Source: the human T2T-CHM13v2.0 reference genome, Homo sapiens
DNA: 64,000 nucleotides
Assembly (NCBI RefSeq): GCF_009914755.1
Contig: NC_060948.1
Reading direction: 5' to 3' (one strand)
Below are positions 58,256-64,000 of this stretch, in pieces (the stretch's first letter is position 1; the number at the start of each line of letters is the position of its first letter). The translations under genes and the position numbers were made by a program. The notes beneath the pieces were generated by a model. It made no database searches, was not told where the DNA came from, and saw only the letters and a program-made list of their open reading frames with translations.

Positions 58256-61200
58256 GGCCTGGAATAAAGTGGAATGCTACGGTCTCGAATGGAATAAAAA
58301 TGTATGGAATGGAATGCAATGAAAGGGAATCGAATGTCATAGAATGTAATGGAATGCAAAAAAATGGAATCCAAAATCATTGACTGGAAAGGCTGGGTGT
58401 CGAAAGGAATTGACTCCAATGGAATGGAATCGAATGGAATGGAAGTGAATAGAATCGAACTAAATCGAATGGAATGGAATTGATAGGAACGGAATGGAGA
58501 GGAATGCAATGATTTGGCATGGAATGCAATCGAATGGCATCGAATGGAATGGAATGGAATGCAATGGAATGGAATGTATTAGAATGTAATGAACTTTAAT
58601 GGAATGTACTCGAATGGATTCGACTGGAATGGAATGTTCTGGAAGTGAATGGACTCCAATGGAATGGATTCAAAAGGAATGGAATCGTACGGAATGGAAT
58701 CTAATGGAATGGAATTAAATGGAAATGAATCAAATTGAATAGCACGGAATTGAATTGAATGGAATGGAATGCAATGGAATCTAATGAAACGGAAAGGAAA
58801 GGAATGGAATGGAATGGAATGGGCTGGAATGGAAAGGAATCGAAACGAATGGAATGGAATCGAACTGAAGAGACTGGAATGGAATGCACTGGAATGGAAG
58901 GGAGTGTAATGGAAGGTTCTCGAAAAAAATGGAATCGAATGGAATGGAATTGAATGGAACGGAATAGAGTCGAATGGAATTGAATGGAATGGAATGGACT
59001 AGAGTGAAATGGAATCGAACCACAAGGAATGGACAGGAATAGAATGGTCTCGAATTGAATGGAATCGTATGGAATGGCATCAAACGGAATGGAATGGACA
59101 GCCACGGAATGGAATGCACTCGAATGCAATGGAGTCGAAACTAATGGACTGGAATAGAATGGACTCGACTGGTACGGACTCCAATGGAATGGAATCGAAT
59201 GGAAGGGAATCGAACGGAATGGACTCGAAGGGAAAAGACTGCAATGGAAAGGTCTCGAATGGAATGGAAATTAATGGAATGGAATGGAATCGAATGAAAT
59301 GGAGTCAAAAGGAATGGAATCGAATGGCAAGAAATCGAATGTAATGGAATCGCAAGGAATTGATGTGAACGGAACGGAATGGAATGGAATCCAAAGGAAT
59401 GGAATAGAATGGAATGGAATCGAATGGAAAGGACTCGAATGGAAATCACTCGAATAGAATGCAATTTAATAAAATAGGATCAAATGTAATGGAATGGAAT
59501 GGAAAGGAATCGAAACGAAAGGAATGGAGACAGATGGAATGGAATGGAACAGAGAGCAATGGTATAGAATGGAATGGAATCATCTGGAATGGAATTGAAT
59601 GGAATGGAATAATATGAAATGGAATGGAATGGAATGCCCTTGAATTAAATGGACTGTAATGGACTGGACTCGAACAGAGTGGAATGGAAAGTGTTGAGAT
59701 AGAATGGAATGGACTCGTTTGGAATGGTCTAGTATGCAATGCAATCGACTGGCAGGGAATCAAAAGGAATGTAATGGAATGGATTGGACTGGAATGCAAT
59801 GGACTCGAATAGATTGGAAACGGAATGCAAAGGAATGGAATGGAATAGTATGGAATGGAATGGAAAGGAATGGAGTGGAATAGACTAGAGTGGAATGGAA
59901 TGGACTGGAAAGCAATAGACTGGAATGGAACTTTCTTGAATGGACTGGAATCAAACGGAATGGAATGCAATGCAATCAAATGGCATGGAATAAAATAGAA
60001 TGAAAGAGAATCAAATGGAATTGAATCGAATGGAATCGAATGGATTGGAAAGGAATAGAATGGAATGGAATGGAATTGACTCAAATGGAATGGACTAGAA
60101 TGGAATGGATTCGAATGGAAGGCAAAGGAATGGAATCTATTGGAATGGACTGTAATGGAATGGAATGGAAGGGATTGGAATGGACTCGAATGGAATGGAC
60201 TGCAATAGAAAGGATTCGAATGGAATGAAAAAGAATTGAATGGAATAGAACAGAATGGAATCAAATCGAATGAAATGGAGTGGAATAGAAAGGAATGGAA
60301 TGAAATGGAATGGAAAGGATTCGAATGGAATGCAATCGAATGGAATGGAATCGAACGGAATGGAATAAAATGGAAGAAAACTGGCAAGAAATGGAATCGA
60401 AATGAATGGAGTGTTATGGAACGGACTCAAAAGGAATTGAATGTAATAGAATGGAGTGGAGTGGACTCGAATATAATGGACTGGAATGGAATGAAATCAC
60501 ATGGAATGGGAACGAATGGAATGGAATGGAAAGGAATGGAATCGAATGGAAAGGAATCGAATGGAAGGGAATGAAATTGAATCAACAGGAATGGAAGGGA
60601 ATAGAATAGACGGTAATGGAATGGACTCGAATAGAATGGACACGAATGCTCAAATTGAATGGACTCGAATGGAATGGAAACGAAAGGAATGTCATCGAAT
60701 GGAATTGAATCGATTGGAATGAAATCGCATAGAATGGAGTGGAATCAAATGGAATTGAATCGAAAGGAAAGGAAGCGAATGGACTGAAATGAAATGGAAT
60801 GGAATTGAATGGAAAGTAATGCAATGGAATAGAATGGAACGAAATTTCACGGAATGGAATCAAACTGAATGGAATCAAATCAATGGAATCAAATCAAATG
60901 GAATGGAAAGGAAATGAATGGAGTAGATTGGATTGGATGGGATTGGAATGAAATGTACTGGAAAGGACTCGAATTTCATGAAACGGAATGGAATGAATTG
61001 GAACGGAATGGACTCGAATGGAATGGAATGTCATGGAATGGCATCAAATGGAATGGAATCGAATGCAATGGAATGCTATGGAATGGAATGGAATGCATTG
61101 GAATGGAATGTCCTCTAATGGAATGGATTCGAGTGGAATGGAATCGAATATAATGGAGTCGAATGAAATGGAATTGAAAAGAATGGGATCGAATACAATG

Positions 61201-61799
61201 GAATATACTGGAATGTAATGTAATGAACTCGAATGTAATTGACTGGAATGGAATGTACATGAATGGAATGTAATCGAATGGAAAGTAATCCAATGGAATA
61301 GAAACTAATGCAATAAAATCGACTCAAATAGAGTAGAATGTAATGGAATGGAGTGCAGTGCAATGGAATGGAATGGAATGGAATGCAATGGAATGGAATG
61401 GAATGTTATGGAATGGAATGGAATGGATTGGAATGGGATGGAATGGTATGGAATGGATAGTAATGGACTGGAGTGAAATGGACTGGAAAGGAATGGACTC
61501 AAATTGAAAGGGCTCGAAAGGAATGGAGTCAAATGGAATAGTCTGGAATGGAATGAACACGAATGTAATGCAATCCAATAGAATGTAATCGAATGGCATG
61601 GAATATAAAGAAATGGAATCGAAGAGAATGGAAACAAATGGAATGGAATTGAATGGAATGGAATTGAATGGAATGGGAACGAATGGAGTGAAATTGTATG
61701 CAGTAGAAGAGAATAGAATGGAATGCAAGCGAAAGGAAAGGAATGGATTGGAATGGAATGGAATTCATTGGAATGGAAGGGAATGTAGTGTAATGGACA
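58256..61799 (+). repeat. DYZ1 unit U17, 3544 bp (shortest)
   Basis: GGCC-to-GGCC interval; 10-bp contraction near 59621 and 15-bp deletion near 61040. Confidence 0.9.
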
Positions 61800-64000
61800 G
61801 GCCTGGAATAAAGTGGAATGCTACGGTCTCGAATGGAATAAAAATGTATGCAATGGAATGCAATGAAAGGGAATCGAATGTCATTGAATGTAATGGAATG
61901 CAAAAAAATGGAATCCAAAATCATTGACTGGAAAGGCTGGGTGTCGAAAGGAATTGACTCCAATGGAATGGAATCGAATGGAATGGAAGTGAATAGAATC
62001 GAACTAAATCGAATGGAATGGAATTGATAGGAACGGAATGGAGAGGAATGCAATGATTTGGCATGGAATGCAATCGAATGGCATCGAATGGAATGGAATG
62101 GAATGCAATGGAATGGAATGTATTAGAATGTAATGAACTTTAATGGAATGTACTCGAATGGATTCGACTGGAATGGAATGTTCTGGAAGTGAATGGACTC
62201 CAATGGAATGGATTCAAAAGGAATGGAATCGTACGGAATGGAATCTAATGGAATGGAATTAAATGGAAATGAATCAAATTGAATAGCACGGAATTGAATT
62301 GAATGGAATGGAATGCAATGGAATCTAATGAAACGGAAAGGAAAGGAATGGAATGGAATGGAATGGGCTGGAATGGAAAGGAATCGAAACGAATGGAATG
62401 GAATCGAACTGAAGAGACTGGAATGGAATGCACTGGAATGGAAGGGAGTGTAATGGAAGGTTCTCGAAAAAAATGGAATCGAATGGAATGGAATTGAATG
62501 GAACGGAATAGAGTCGAATGGAATTGAATGGAATGGAATGGACTAGAGTGAAATAGAATCGAACCACAAGGAATGGACAGGAATAGAATGGTCTCGAATT
62601 GAATGGAATCGTATGGAATGGCATCAAACGGAATGGAATGGACAGCCACGGAATGGAATGCACTCGAATGCAATGGAGTCGAAACTAATGGACTGGAATA
62701 GAATGGACTCGACTGGTACGGACTCCAATGGAATGGAATCGAATGGAAGGGAATCGAACGGAATGGACTCGAAGGGAAAAGACTGCAATGGAAAGGTCTC
62801 GAATGGAATGGAAATTAATGGAATGGAATGGAATCGAATGAAATGGAGTCAAAAGGAATGGAATCGAATGGCAAGAAATCGAATGTAATGGAATCGCAAG
62901 GAATTGATGTGAACGGAACGGAATGGAATGGAATCCAAAGGAATGGAATAGAATGGAATGGAATCGAATGGAAAGGACTCGAATGGAAATAACTCGAATA
63001 GAATGCAATTTAATAAAATAGGATCAAATGTAATGGAATGGAATGGAAAGGAATCGAAACGAAAGGAATGGAGACAGATGGAATGGAATGGAACAGAGAG
63101 CAATGGTATAGAATGGAATGGAATCATCTGGAATGGAATTGAATGGAATGGAATAATATGAAATGGAATGGAATGGAATGGAATGGAATGCCCTTGAATT
63201 AAATGGACTGGAATGGAATGGACTCGAACAGAGTGGAATGGAAAGTGTTGAGATAGAATGGAATGGACTCGTTTGGAATGGTGTAGTATGCAATGCAATC
63301 GACTGGCAGGGAATCAAAAGGAATGTAATGGAAAGGATTGGACTGGAATGCAATGGACTCGAATAGATTGGAAACGGAATGCAAAGGAATGGAATGGAAT
63401 AGTATGGAATGGAATGGAAAGGAATGGAGTGGAATAGACTAGAGTGGAATGGAATGGACTGGAAAGCAATAGACTGGAATGGAACTTTCTTGAATGGACT
63501 GGAATCAAACGGAATGGAATGCAATGCAATCAAATGGCATGGAATAAAATAGAATGAAAGAGAATCAAATGGAATTGAATCGAATGGAATCGAATGGATT
63601 GGAAAGGAATAGAATGGAATGGAATGGAATTGACTCAAATGGAATGGACTAGAATGGAATGGATTCGAATGGAAGGCAAAGGAATGGAATCTATTGGAAT
63701 GGACTGTAATGGAATGGAATGGAAGGGATTGGAATGGACTCGAATGGAATGGACTGCAATAGAAAGGATTCGAATGGAATGAAAAAGAATTGAATGGAAT
63801 AGAACAGAATGGAATCAAATCGAATGAAATGGAATGGAATAGAAAGGAATGGAATGAAATGGAATGGAAAGGATTCGAATGGAATGCAATCGAATGGAAT
63901 GGAATCGAACGGAATGGAATAAAATGGAAGAAAACTGGCAAGAAATGGAATCGAAATGAATGGAGTGTTATGGAACGGACTCAAAAGGAATTGAATGTAA
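61800..64000 (+). repeat. Partial DYZ1 unit U18 (5' part)
   Basis: Starts at GGCC 61800; the array continues past the window end. Confidence 0.9.

Larger units (their letters stand above)
1..64000 (+). repeat. DYZ1: Human Satellite III (GGAAT)n array, DYZ1-type (Yq12) ~3.56-kb tandem repeat
   Basis: Continuous GGAAT pentamers and variants (cgaat, tgaat, gcaat, ggact, caaat). The landmark ggacaggcctgg recurs with GGCC starting at 1218, 4781, 8340, 11894, 15457, 19026, 22595, 26169, 29743, 33322, 36881, 40437, 44011, 47569, 51123, 54682, 58256 and 61800 (mean period 3563.6 bp). EcoRI GAATTC lies 39 bp upstream of each except at 47530. This matches the known 3564-bp, 713-pentamer DYZ1 unit. Confidence 0.96.

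Noticed and set aside
52313-60387. Longer fused minus-strand ORFs (313, 318, 313 aa) in the triplicated block
   Set aside because: Produced by site-B length changes shifting frame; no evidence of coding selection.
277-63984. Hundreds of ORFs up to 318 aa (MEWNG- and FHSIP-rich), recurring every unit
   Set aside because: They are the expected translations of (GGAAT)n and (ATTCC)n, which lack stop codons. They overlap in all frames, show no domain-like content, and are freely broken or fused by indels between units.
1-64000. CRISPR-like or phase-variable repeat-spacer system
   Set aside because: No unique spacers, no constant repeat with variable inserts and no associated genes; variation is point-like divergence among tandem copies.
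1-64000. Embedded Alu/L1, DYZ2 (HSat1B) junction, inversion or foreign insert
   Set aside because: No departure from GGAAT-strand pentamer sequence was seen, and all 17 unit lengths fall within 3544-3579 bp, leaving no room for an insert.
1-64000. Assignment to HSat2 or an autosomal HSat3 subfamily
   Set aside because: Lacks the HSat2-type gaatcatcgaat periodicity; the ~3564-bp period with single HaeIII/EcoRI sites fits DYZ1. Chromosome origin remains an inference without alignment.
1-64000. Canonical G-quadruplex or telomeric repeats
   Set aside because: G-runs are almost all GG with only isolated GGG; no TTAGGG arrays.

Overview
The whole 64 kb is one uninterrupted, single-orientation human Satellite III array: diverged (GGAAT)n on +, (CATTC)n on -. 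It is organised as a ~3.56-kb tandem higher-order unit, with 17 complete copies of 3544-3579 bp (mean ~3564) plus two partial copies. Unit length, one HaeIII/StuI site and usually one EcoRI site per unit, and four fixed pentamer phase shifts match DYZ1 (HSat3, Yq12 heterochromatin). I see no genes, transposons, DYZ2/Alu junctions or inversions; all listed ORFs are translation artefacts of the pentamer. I find no protein-coding system. The best functional candidate is three perfect heat-shock elements (nGAAnnTTCnnGAAn) per unit, 49 intact by my count, in a background of TEAD-like GGAATG motifs. The remaining signal is evolutionary: local duplication blocks, a 4-unit-offset relationship, two slippage hotspots, templated micro-conversions and a diverged unit. 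All counts and comparisons were made by eye.
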